A DNA stretch of 64,000 bases from Candidatus Methylomirabilia bacterium (GTDB lineage Bacteria > Methylomirabilota > Methylomirabilia > Rokubacteriales > CSP1-6): positions 53,164 through 117,163 of the forward strand of contig JBHIBG010000003.1 in NCBI GenBank assembly GCA_046758965.1. The letters run 5' to 3'. A model generated the notes under the pieces. That model made no database searches. It worked only from the letters and a program-made list of their open reading frames with translations, and was not told where the DNA came from. Positions 9,504-19,508 of this stretch are shown piece by piece. Every line of letters begins with the position of its first letter. The first letter of the stretch is position 1. A program made the position numbers and the translations under genes.

Positions 9504-10387
9504 CGGGTGATCTTTCCCAGGACGCCCTCGGGCCGCAAGAGCAGGACCCCGATCAGGACGACGAAGCCAATGGCCTCCTTGAACTCCGACCAGAAGATGC
9601 CGCCCAGTGTCTCGGCAAAGGCGAGCACGAGGCCTCCGAGGATGGCGCCGGGCACATGCCCCATCCCGCCCAGGACGATCACCACGAAGGCCTTCAGCCC
9701 GGGCGTGAACCCCATCTCCGGGTAGACAGTGAAGATGGCGCCCACCAGGCCGCCCGCGGCCGCGGCCAGGGCGGAGCCTATCATGAAGGTCACCGAGACC
9801 ACCCGGTCCACGTCGATGCCCACCACCACGACCGCCTCGCGGTTCTGGGCCGTGGCGCGCATGGCTTTGCCCATCCGCGTCTTCTGGATAAACAGGTAAA
9901 GGCCGCTGATGAGCAGCACGCAGACCAGCAGGGTAATCAGCCGCTGGAGCGTGAAGGCCGCGCCCAAGCCGCTCAGAATGACGTTCGACGCCTTGCTCGG
10001 GATGATGCGCGGGATGCTGGTCCAGACCAGGCGGGCGCTGGCCTCGAGGAAGACGAGGAGGCCGAGGGAGACCAGCAGCGTGTCGATCATCGGGTGCTCA
10101 CGGAGGGGCTTGAAGACGAGCTTCTCCACCACGACCCCTCCGATGGCGATGACCACCATGGCCACGGCCACCGAGAGGACGTACGGGAGCCCCAGCAGCG
10201 CGGCGCCGAAGAAGGTCAGGTACGCCCCGTACATGTAGAAGGTGCCGTGGGCGAAGTTGATGATGCGCATGATGCCGAAGACCAGGGTCAGGCCGATGGC
10301 CACCATGGCGAAGATGCCGCCGTTGATCAGCGTGTTGGCCAGCTGCTGGGGAAGCTGGCTCCAGAGCTGCTGGGCAAAACTCTCCAT
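9500..10387 (-). CDS. Branched-chain amino acid-type ABC permease (LivH-like)
   Basis: AIGLTLVFGIMRIINFAHG, GKAMRATAQN, VLGGMG. Confidence 0.93.
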   Translation of the reverse strand: MESFAQQLWSQLPQQLANTLINGGIFAMVAIGLTLVFGIMRIINFAHGTFYMYGAYLTFFGAALLGLPYVLSVAVAMVVIAIGGVVVEKLVFKPLREHPMIDTLLVSLGLLVFLEASARLVWTSIPRIIPSKASNVILSGLGAAFTLQRLITLLVCVLLISGLYLFIQKTRMGKAMRATAQNREAVVVVGIDVDRVVSVTFMIGSALAAAAGGLVGAIFTVYPEMGFTPGLKAFVVIVLGGMGHVPGAILGGLVLAFAETLGGIFWSEFKEAIGFVVLIGVLLLRPEGVLGKITR

Positions 10388-10396
10388 GAGTCGGTT

Positions 10397-10430
10397 CGGC
10401 GGGCGGGCTCAAGACGCACCCCGCCCGCCG
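10397..10430. other. GC-rich stem-loop between the binding-protein and permease genes (mRNA stabiliser/attenuator-like)
   Basis: CGGCGGGCGGG ... CCCGCCCGCCG 11-bp stem. Confidence 0.45.
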
Positions 10431-10471
10431 ATTGCGGCGGGCGGGGGCGGAAGCCGTACCAAAGGGCGCGC

Positions 10472-11629
10472 TTACTGGTAGATGATGGTGCGCTGCCCCT
10501 TCTCGAAGCGAGCCAGGCCTGGCCGGACCGGGGCCTGGCCGTTCTCGTCGAAGTAGAGCATGTGGCCGGGATAGGAGTAGACCCCCTTCATCCGCGTCTC
10601 CGCGATGGCGTCGCGGATCTTGGCGCGGTCAGTGGTCGTGTTGGCGCGCTCCATGGCCCGGGCGATCACGTAGATGGCGTCGTAGGTGGGCGCGGAGAGG
10701 AAGTTCGGGTTGCGGCCCACCTTGGCGCGAAACTTCTTGACGAACTCCTGGACCATGGGGTCCTTCTGGTTGGCCTCGAAGGCGGTCACCACCCAGACGC
10801 CGTTCACGGCCTCGCCCCCCCTGGCCACCTCATCCTGGGCGCAGCCGGTCGAAGCAATCAGCGTCTTGTAGCCGAGCTGCCGCGCCTGCTTGATGAGCTG
10901 GATGCAGGTGGGGATAGCCCGCGAGACGAGGTAAAGGGCCTCGGGGTTCTTCGCCTTGATCGCGGTGAGCTGGGCGACAAAATCCTCAGACTCGGCCAGG
11001 TAGTACTCCTTGGCAAGGACGTCCACCCCGTTCTCTTCGAACTTGGCCGAGAATTTCTTGACCGAGCCCCTGCCGTAGTCGTCGTTCACGGCGATCATGC
11101 CGATTGTCTTGATCTTCAGGCTCTCGATCACGTGCCCGACCAGCGCGTTGGCCCGCATCGTGCTGGTTTCCTTGTTCCGGAACATCCACTTGTTACCGCT
11201 GGCCGTGATCTTGGGGTTGACCGAGATCGACGTGATCTGGGGCACCTGATTCTGCTGGGTCACCCTCATCTCGGCAAGGGTGACGGAGCTGCAGTAGGAC
11301 CCCAGGATGACGGGCACCTTGTATTTCGAGATCAGCCGGCGCACGGCCGACACGCCGACCGCCGGCCGGCAGGCGTCATCTTCGAGCTGTATGCGCAGCT
11401 TGTGGCGCTCCCCCCCGACCAGGATGCCTCCTTCCGCGTTGATCTCCTCCACCGCCAGGTCGATGGCCCCCTTCACATAGACATGCGACTCTGAAGGCCG
11501 GCCTGTAACGGGGTTCGTGACGCCGATGACGACGTCATGGGCGAACGCCGGCGCCACGGCGGAGAAAGCGCCTCCCCCAACTAGACCCATGGCAACAACC
11601 AGAGCGAGAAGTGTTTTACTGCCCCTCAT
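10472..11629 (-). CDS. ABC substrate-binding protein (LivK/Peripla_BP_6 family)
   Basis: Signal peptide MRGSKTLLALVVA..AFA, LAVEEINAEGGI, GSYCSS, NDDYGRG, YDAIY. Confidence 0.92.
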   Translation of the reverse strand: MRGSKTLLALVVAMGLVGGGAFSAVAPAFAHDVVIGVTNPVTGRPSESHVYVKGAIDLAVEEINAEGGILVGGERHKLRIQLEDDACRPAVGVSAVRRLISKYKVPVILGSYCSSVTLAEMRVTQQNQVPQITSISVNPKITASGNKWMFRNKETSTMRANALVGHVIESLKIKTIGMIAVNDDYGRGSVKKFSAKFEENGVDVLAKEYYLAESEDFVAQLTAIKAKNPEALYLVSRAIPTCIQLIKQARQLGYKTLIASTGCAQDEVARGGEAVNGVWVVTAFEANQKDPMVQEFVKKFRAKVGRNPNFLSAPTYDAIYVIARAMERANTTTDRAKIRDAIAETRMKGVYSYPGHMLYFDENGQAPVRPGLARFEKGQRTIIYQ

Positions 11630-11704
11630 ATTGCCCCTCCTCTTTGCCGAATTCCTTCTTGGCGCTCCGGGAATCACACATATCCATCGGCCAAGGTTGG
11701 GAGG

Positions 11705-11734
11705 AATATAGGCGGGGTCAGGGGGGGGTGTCAA
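11705..11734 (-). promoter_or_regulatory. sigma70-like promoter of the ABC operon
   Basis: TTGACA-18 nt-TATATT on the minus strand. Confidence 0.55.
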
Positions 11735-12097
11735 GGGGGTGCCGGGAGATTCCTCAGACCAGCCGCGGGCCTCAGCAACGGCCCGCCAGACCATGGAAAG
11801 AGGACCCCTCTGGACCGAGCATGACCGGACTGAGCCGGCGTTCAGTCACGGGCGGGTGGGAGGAGTGATCGGGCCGGCAAGGACCCGGGCCATCTCCCGA
11901 GATGTGCACGAGCTCAGGCACGATCGCCTCGACAGGGGGCCTGGCTTCACGTATCATGAGTTGGTATCCTGCTGATCCGTCAACCGTTCGGACCTCATGG
12001 GCAAGCCCCCACCTCGGCGCCGCCTCCCTCGGTCGCGCGGGAGTGCCTCGTCGCCCAGGGGCGCTCCGCTTCTCCGCGTCCCGACCGACGACCAGAT

Positions 12098-12486
12098 ATG
12101 AGGGTTGATGGCATTGATCACGTAGTGCTCACGGTGCGCGACATCCGCGTGACCTGTGAGTTCTACTCGCGCGTGCTGGGGATGCAAGTGGTCACGGTCG
12201 GAGATGGCCGAACCGCGCTCCGGTTCGGGAAGCAGAAGATCAACCTTCACCAAGCAGGGAGAGAGTTCCAGCCGAAGGCCCTACACCCCACGCCGGGGTC
12301 GGGAGACATCTGCTTCATCACCGAGATCCCGCTGGAGCGCGTGAGGGAGCACATGAGGTCATGCGGAGTGGAGATCGTGGAAGGCCCCGTGAGGAGAACG
12401 GGAGCCCGGGGGCCGCTCGAATCGATCTACGTGCGCGATCCAGACGACAACTTGATCGAAATTTCGAACGTTCGAGAGGCGACGGC

Positions 12487-12490
<4 letters not shown>
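12098..12490 (+). CDS. VOC/glyoxalase family protein
   Basis: [47 protein letters not shown]. Confidence 0.92.
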
Positions 12491-13884
<1,394 letters not shown>

Positions 13885-13898
13885 GGCCCTCCGCCTCT

Positions 13899-13932
13899 TC
13901 CACCTCCCCGTCCCACTCGATGGCGATGCCGC
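13899..13932 (+). repeat. 34-bp direct repeat duplicating the 3' end of the OsmC-like gene; left boundary of an island
   Basis: TCCACCTCCCCGTCCCACTCGATGGCGATGCCGC is identical to 18938-18971. Confidence 0.85.
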
Positions 13933-14175
13933 AAGGTCCTCAGGCCGGGCGCGCAGGCGCTTCCCCCCCTAGATGATTCTGCTCTTCTGCCGCCTTCCCG
14001 CCTCTGCTAGCATGCTGATGGGCGTGGGACTGACCGGGCTACATGCCAGTGGTCACGCTCGAAGAGAGAGAGGATTCCTCTGGCGCTTTACCTCGGTGAT
14101 CGGTTCGAGCTCCCTGTCACGCGTGAGGCGTGGCAATCGGGACACATTCCGCTCAATGGGGGATTCTGCCTCCTC

Positions 14176-16164
14176 GTGGATGCCACGGGCGAGCCCATCC
14201 CCGTGACCCTGAGGGCAGAGTCGGGGCAATCCGCCGTGGGGGTGTGGGATGGTGGGGGCGGGGTGCTTGACGTGCCAGGGTTGCGCGAGCTGGTCTTGAT
14301 CACGGGCGCCTCAGGGCGACTCACGCTCCAAGTCGAGGAGGTCAAGGCCCCTACCTTCAGGGTTGGCCGTGAGGGCCGGACCCACGAGGACGACCCCGTG
14401 GATTTCTCCCCCAGAGAAATCGGCAGGGTTCCCGTGAGGTTTGATCCGCACGACGTGGAGATCCTCTCGGAGCTCGCGGAAGGGGCGCACGCCCCTCTGG
14501 AAGTCTACCAGCTCAACCGGTGGGCCCACACGATCGCCCTCACCCCCGGATTTGAGGAGCTGATCTCCCTTGCGTCCCTCAGGGAGGTGATCCCGTACGA
14601 GCACCAGCTCGCCGCCGTGAAGACTGTCCTCAACCGCATGCGAGGGCGGGCCCTGCTGGCTGACGAGGTAGGGCTGGGAAAGACCGTGGAGGCGGGGCTG
14701 ATCCTCTCGGAGCTGCTGCGCAGGCGGCTGGCCCGCCGCGTGCTGGTCCTGGTGCCGCCCGGATTGGTGACCCAGTGGCAGGAGGAACTGCGTCGGAAGT
14801 TCTACCTCGACTTCGTGACCCACGACGCCGAGCCGTTCCGGCAGGAAGGCCCCGAGGCCTGGAAACGGTTTGAGCGCGTGGTGGCCTCGTTTCACACCGC
14901 CAAGCGGCCGGAGCACGCCCGGGTGATCCTCCAGATCCCCTACGACCTGGTGATCGTGGACGAGGCCCATCACCTGAGAAACGCCCGCACGGTCCTCTGG
15001 CAGTTCGTCAATGTGCTGAGGAAAACCTATCTCCTCCTCCTCACCGCCACGCCGGCGCAAAACGATCTGGAGGAGCTGTTCAACCTGGTGACGCTCCTGC
15101 AGCCGGGGCAGCTCAAGACTCTCAGGGCGTTTCGCCGGGATCATGTGGCCCGGGGCGACAAGCGCCAGCCGCGAGATCCGGAGGGCTTGAGGCGCCTGCT
15201 CTCCGAGGTCATGGTGAGGAACCGGCGGGCCACCACCCCGGTGGCGCTCACGCGCCGGGTTGCCCGGACCGTCATCGTTGAGCCGACCGCCGCCGAGCAG
15301 GAGCTGTACGTCGGGCTCTCCGACTTCCTTCGGGAGCACTACCGGCGGGGATCCGGAATCACCCGGATGATGGTGCAGACCCTTCAGATGGAGTTGGGTT
15401 CCAGCCCCCGGGCCGCCGCCCTCACTCTGGAGCGGCTCCTCTCCCAGCAGTGGGAGCTGTCGGTCCGCGACGGGCTGCACCGCTTCCTGGAACACGCCCG
15501 GAACATCGTCGACGATGCCAAGAGCCGGGCTCTCCTGGGTCTTCTCCGATCGTGGAGCGACAAGCTCCTGATCTTCACTCGCTTTCGTGCTACACAGGAG
15601 CACCTGGCCCGCCTCCTGCGGGAGACGGGGGAGCCATGCGCCCTCTATCACGGGGGCTTGCCCCGGCTGGAGAAGGAGGAGGTGGTCCGGGCCTTTGAGG
15701 GCCCCTGCCGGGTCCTGATCTCCACGGAGGCCGGCGGCGAGGGGCGCAATCTCCAATTCGCGCATGGCCTTGTGAACTACGACCTGCCCTGGAACCCCAT
15801 GCGGATCGAGCAGCGGATCGGCCGCCTCTCTCGGGTCGGGCAGACCCGGGACGTCTACGTGTTCAACCTGGTGGCCCGTGGGACCATCGAGGAGACCCTC
15901 CTGGAGATCCTCGACGCCAAGATCAACATGTTCGAGCTGGTGATCGGAGAGATCGACATGATCCTCGGGCAGCTCGCCACCGACCAGGACTTTGAGGAGT
16001 TGGTCACGGACCTGTGGCTCACCTCCGAGGACCGCGAGGCCTTCCGCGTGAAGATGGAGTCCTTCGGGGAGCAGCTCCTCAGGGCCAAGCAGGCCTACCT
16101 CGGGATCAGGGAGCTTGAGGACCGGATCTTCGGTGACGCGCTGGCGCCCGGAGGGGGCGCGTGA
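14176..16164 (+). CDS. SNF2-family DEAD/DEAH helicase (YqhH-like)
   Basis: LLADEVGLGKT, VDEAHH, LTATP, STEAGGEGRNLQ, YDLPWNPMRIEQRIGRL. Confidence 0.92.
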   Translation: MDATGEPIPVTLRAESGQSAVGVWDGGGGVLDVPGLRELVLITGASGRLTLQVEEVKAPTFRVGREGRTHEDDPVDFSPREIGRVPVRFDPHDVEILSELAEGAHAPLEVYQLNRWAHTIALTPGFEELISLASLREVIPYEHQLAAVKTVLNRMRGRALLADEVGLGKTVEAGLILSELLRRRLARRVLVLVPPGLVTQWQEELRRKFYLDFVTHDAEPFRQEGPEAWKRFERVVASFHTAKRPEHARVILQIPYDLVIVDEAHHLRNARTVLWQFVNVLRKTYLLLLTATPAQNDLEELFNLVTLLQPGQLKTLRAFRRDHVARGDKRQPRDPEGLRRLLSEVMVRNRRATTPVALTRRVARTVIVEPTAAEQELYVGLSDFLREHYRRGSGITRMMVQTLQMELGSSPRAAALTLERLLSQQWELSVRDGLHRFLEHARNIVDDAKSRALLGLLRSWSDKLLIFTRFRATQEHLARLLRETGEPCALYHGGLPRLEKEEVVRAFEGPCRVLISTEAGGEGRNLQFAHGLVNYDLPWNPMRIEQRIGRLSRVGQTRDVYVFNLVARGTIEETLLEILDAKINMFELVIGEIDMILGQLATDQDFEELVTDLWLTSEDREAFRVKMESFGEQLLRAKQAYLGIRELEDRIFGDALAPGGGA

Positions 16165-17228
16165 GGCCGCCCGGCGGGATCGAGGCGTTTACCCTCACGG
16201 CGATCGAGCGCCTGGGTGGCGCGGTCGAGAAGCAGGCCGACGGGCTCTACACCTTCCTCTGGCCGGCCGAGGCTACGGGAGAGCTAGAGACCCCTCAGCT
16301 CGCTTTCGATCCTGAGGTGATCGATGAGGAGCCGGGCGCCGAGCTGGTCACGTTCGCCAGCCCCATACTGGAGGAGATCGTCCAGCTTGCCACGGCCTCC
16401 GGTCGGGTCGCCCGGGCTTTCCTGAACGCGATTGCGAGCGCTTCGCGCGGAACGGCCGAGCGGCTGGCGTGGTCGTATCGTTTCCTCGACGCTTCCTGGA
16501 CGGCCGAAGCCGGAAGGGCGTGGTGGCTCCCGGTGGGGCTCTTCCTGTTCCGAGCCCGGTATCTGTCCGATTCCCGAGAGGAGGATCTGGTGGAGGTGGC
16601 CATGAACCTGGCCGACGGGCGCATCCTCCGGCGCCTGGCCGAGGCGATCGAGCGCTATGGGCTCTCTCCCGATCCCCCGGAGGCCTGGCCGATGATGGCG
16701 GAGCTGCCAGCCAGCCAGGCCTACACGGTGGCGCGGACCGAGCTGGAGCGGAAGATTCTCTCGCCCCTCGGCCGGCGGCGTCGGGAGCTGGAGTCAAGGC
16801 TCGCGCGCGAGAGCGGACGGGCCGGGGCGTACTACGAGGAGCTGATCCGAGAACTCGAGGAGCAACAGAAGAGCCTTCCCGCCGATGATCCCGGGCGAGC
16901 ACCGCTGCAGTCGAAGCTGAGGGCCATTCGCCTTGAGCGCGAAGGCCGGCTCGCTGAGCTCCGGGGTAAGTACAAACTGGAGGCGGAGGTGGCGCTGCTG
17001 AGCGTCCTTCGTCTCTATCTGCCCCGGGTGGTCTTCCCGGGGAGGCTCACGGGGAAGCGCCAGGCGGCCGAGCTCACGCTGGTCTGGGACCCGGTGGAAC
17101 AGGCCGGAGAGCCGGCCCCCTGTCGGCGCTGCCGAGGGCTCACCTACGAGATGGGTCTCCTTCGCTCCGGGGCGGTTGGCTGTCTCCCTTGCCTCGACGC
17201 AGAGGCCAACCAGCAAGGCAGGAGGTAA
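16161..17228 (+). CDS. Uncharacterised SNF2 partner protein (YqhG-like) with coiled coil and C-terminal CxxC..CxxC
   Basis: GTGA overlap with the helicase stop; RLARESGRAGAYYEEL coiled coil, CRRC..CLPC. Confidence 0.7.
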   Translation: MRPPGGIEAFTLTAIERLGGAVEKQADGLYTFLWPAEATGELETPQLAFDPEVIDEEPGAELVTFASPILEEIVQLATASGRVARAFLNAIASASRGTAERLAWSYRFLDASWTAEAGRAWWLPVGLFLFRARYLSDSREEDLVEVAMNLADGRILRRLAEAIERYGLSPDPPEAWPMMAELPASQAYTVARTELERKILSPLGRRRRELESRLARESGRAGAYYEELIRELEEQQKSLPADDPGRAPLQSKLRAIRLEREGRLAELRGKYKLEAEVALLSVLRLYLPRVVFPGRLTGKRQAAELTLVWDPVEQAGEPAPCRRCRGLTYEMGLLRSGAVGCLPCLDAEANQQGRR

Positions 17229-17251
17229 CAGCGACAGTAGCGAGCCGCTCC

Positions 17252-17368
17252 ATGGACAAGAAGAGACGCGAGGCCGAATGGGCCGAGGCAAAGCGCCGAT
17301 GTCGCCTGAATGCCGAGACCCTGCAGATGGCGAAGGAGCTGCGGCTCAACCCACGAACGGAAAGCTGA
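17252..17368 (+). pseudogene. Short N-terminal gene fragment (MDKKRREAEWAEAKRRCRLNAETLQMAKELRLNPR)
   Basis: Manual translation; protein-like start that ends just before the integrase remnant. Confidence 0.35.
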
Positions 17369-17390
17369 CCGCCTGGCCGCTCACTTCATC

Positions 17391-17938
17391 ATCGACTTTT
17401 CCCGAAATCAGATAGTGGTTCGAGGCGGTAAGGGCAACAAGGACCGCTATACGATGCTTCCCGCAGCAGTCAAAGAACTCCTGCTGCAGCACCTCCAGGC
17501 GGTCAAACGCCGGCACGACGATGACCTCAAGCGCGGCCTCGGCCGGGTCGGCTTGCCCAACGCCCTCGAACGCAAATACCCAAACGCGGGGAAAGCACGG
17601 GGATGGCAGTGGCCGCTTCCCGCCTCAAGCCATTACACCGATCGGGTGACGGGAGAACGGCGCCGCCACCACATCCACGAATCGGTTCTCCAGAGGGCGA
17701 TTAAAGAGGCCAGGCTCAAAGCCGGCATTGTGAAGCCAGCCAGCTCCCACACGTTGCGGCATTCCTTCGCCACTCGCCTGCTCGAGCATGGTTACGAACC
17801 CTGACCGTCCAGGAGCTCCTGGGCCACAGCGATGTCAGCACAACGATGATCTACACCCATGTTTTGAACCGGGGCGGCAGAGGAGTTCGCAGCCCGGCGG
17901 ATGCGCTGACCATGGCGGTCAATCCGTCGCAGCCATAA
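17391..17938 (+). pseudogene. intI: Integron integrase (IntI) C-terminal remnant, frameshifted
   Basis: IVVRGGKGNKDRYTMLP, IntI-specific insert [23 protein letters not shown]; after a frameshift near 17800, [25 protein letters not shown]. Confidence 0.88.
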
Positions 17939-18166
17939 GGGGATTATGCTGACCATCGTCGCGGTGTTTGTCGGCGTCCGTGCTTTTGGAGAGGTTTGAC
18001 AACGCATTGGAAACACGAGAGAATCGCCGCCGCTCGGTAGAGTTGCGAATAGGGGATGCGATCACCATACTCAATAGTTAGCCGTCGCGCATTGATCGTC
18101 TAGCACGTTCGTGGTACGGTTCGGGTATCCTGAGCGTGCTGCGTAGCGGCAGCGTGGAGGGCATCG

Positions 18167-18349
18167 ATGTCAGGGAGCACCGCCAAGCAGAGGGTCCTCG
18201 AGGCGATCGAGAAGCTGCCAGCCGACGCCACGCTGGAAGATGCCATAGAGCGCCTCGTCTTCTTGGCGAAGATCGAGCGGGGGCTGGCGGAGCTGGACGC
18301 CGGCAAAGGCGTCGAGCACACCGAGGCTAAGCGCCGACTCGTCCGGTGA
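18167..18349 (+). CDS. Putative antitoxin (cassette gene)
   Basis: STAKQRVLEAIEKLPADATLEDAIERL..IERGLAELDAG; overlaps a downstream RelE/ParE toxin remnant. Confidence 0.7.
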   Translation: MSGSTAKQRVLEAIEKLPADATLEDAIERLVFLAKIERGLAELDAGKGVEHTEAKRRLVR

Positions 18350-18566
18350 CCCGGGTCATCTGGGCACCCCAGGCCATCAGCGTATCGTCGGCGCGGTGAC
18401 CCGACTTGAGAGCTTCCCTCGTTCCGGGCGAGTGGTACTAGAGGTTGGTGACGAGTCCCTCCGCGAGATCGTCCACGGCAGCTACCGAATCGTGTACCGG
18501 CTCAAGTCGGGGGTCGTCGAGGTTGTCACAGTGTTTCACGGTGCCCGGTTGTTTCGGCTCGACTGA
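18346..18566 (+). pseudogene. RelE/ParE family toxin with internal deletion and frameshift
   Basis: MTRVIWAPQAI, then another frame RLESFPRSGRVV..LREIVHGSYRIVYR..VVTVFHGAR. Confidence 0.75.
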
Positions 18567-18582
18567 AGCAGCGGTGGTGAGC

Positions 18583-18654
18583 GTCTAACTTCCCGATGAA
18601 CCCGCCGCCGGCTCCGCCTCGCTTCGCCGCCGCGGGTTATCGCGAGCGTTAGCC
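18583..18654 (+). other. Integron attC site
   Basis: GTCTAAC ... GTTAGCC ends with imperfect internal palindrome (AACCCGCCGC/GCCGCGGGTT), immediately after the TA cassette. Confidence 0.75.
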
Positions 18655-18677
18655 CGCCGAAGTAACACGTAGACGCA

Positions 18678-18927
18678 ATGAAAGGCTTATTCCACCTGAA
18701 GAGCGCCAAGGACCTCCTCGCCAAGCTGCGCCATGACTTCGAGCGCCTTCAGCGCGACCCTGTCGACGCTTATGCTGCCTTCGACTTCCGCGTGACCGCG
18801 AGACATCTACCGGAATGGCTCTATCCGGGCGACCCTAGAAAGCAGGACGTGCCGTTCCAGAATAACCTTATTCTTCAGGTCTGCCGGCAGATCGCTGATG
18901 GCGCCAAGCATATCTATGCTCCAGGCG
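18678..18927 (+). pseudogene. Truncated hypothetical cassette gene
   Basis: Starts 24 bp after attC (MKGLFHLKSAKDLLAKLRHDFERL..); reading frame runs into the antisense strand of the OsmC-like gene without its own stop. Confidence 0.45.
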
Positions 18928-19392
18928 CTACTCCTCCTCCACCTCCCCGTCCCACTCGATGGCGATGCCGCGTTGGACAGACTGTGCAGCCGGGCAGCCT
19001 TTTTCGTGAACCTCGATGGCCCGGAGAGTCTCCTCGCGCTTGCCCTTGGGAACCTTGACCTTGTAGTGCACCTTGATCTTCGTGATCAGCGGCTTGCCGT
19101 CCACGTTCTCGATGACTCCCTCGACTTCGGAGGACAGGCGGTCGGGCTGGCTCGGGATCTTCCGCGCTGCTAGCGCCCCGGCTAGCGTGCCGGTCATTCA
19201 CCCCGCCACCGCGGCGATGACATGGTCAAGCGTGGTAGGCAGCTCCTCCTCCGGCTCGACGCCGTAGAACTTCTTGATCCCCCCGTGGACGCCGTATCGC
19301 ACCGGCTCGGGGAAGGCCTCGATGTAGGCCCGGCGAACCGGCCCCTTGTCTTTGATGATCTTCACCCTGGAAATGTGAATCAGCTCACCCAT
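18928..19392 (-). CDS. OsmC-like selenoprotein (Sec at TGA 19200-19198, motif AAVAG-U-MTGT)
   Basis: ORFs 19198..19392 and 18928..19197 are in frame and separated only by TGA at the position of the OsmC first catalytic Cys; C-terminal GCPAAQSV; hairpin just downstream of UGA. Confidence 0.88.
19169..19186 (-). promoter_or_regulatory. Putative bacterial SECIS hairpin of the OsmC-like gene
   Basis: GCTAGC-CGGGGC-GCTAGC beginning 12 nt after UGA, G-rich loop. Confidence 0.6.
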
Positions 19393-19508
19393 AGCTGCTC
19401 CTCCTTGTGCCGCCTCGTCAACGCAGGCTTACTGGATCGTGATCCGTCACGCAGCACTATACTCGCCGGAGACCCAACGCGCTATTGTACAGGAAACCTC
19501 CCGGAGGC

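Noticed and set aside
17310..17804. Functional integrase
   Set aside because: The N-terminal half is missing, and the catalytic Tyr region lies in another frame.
19198..19392. Separate 64-aa and 89-aa genes, or a nonsense pseudogene
   Set aside because: The in-frame TGA falls at the catalytic Cys position and is followed by a hairpin, so one selenoprotein is the better explanation.
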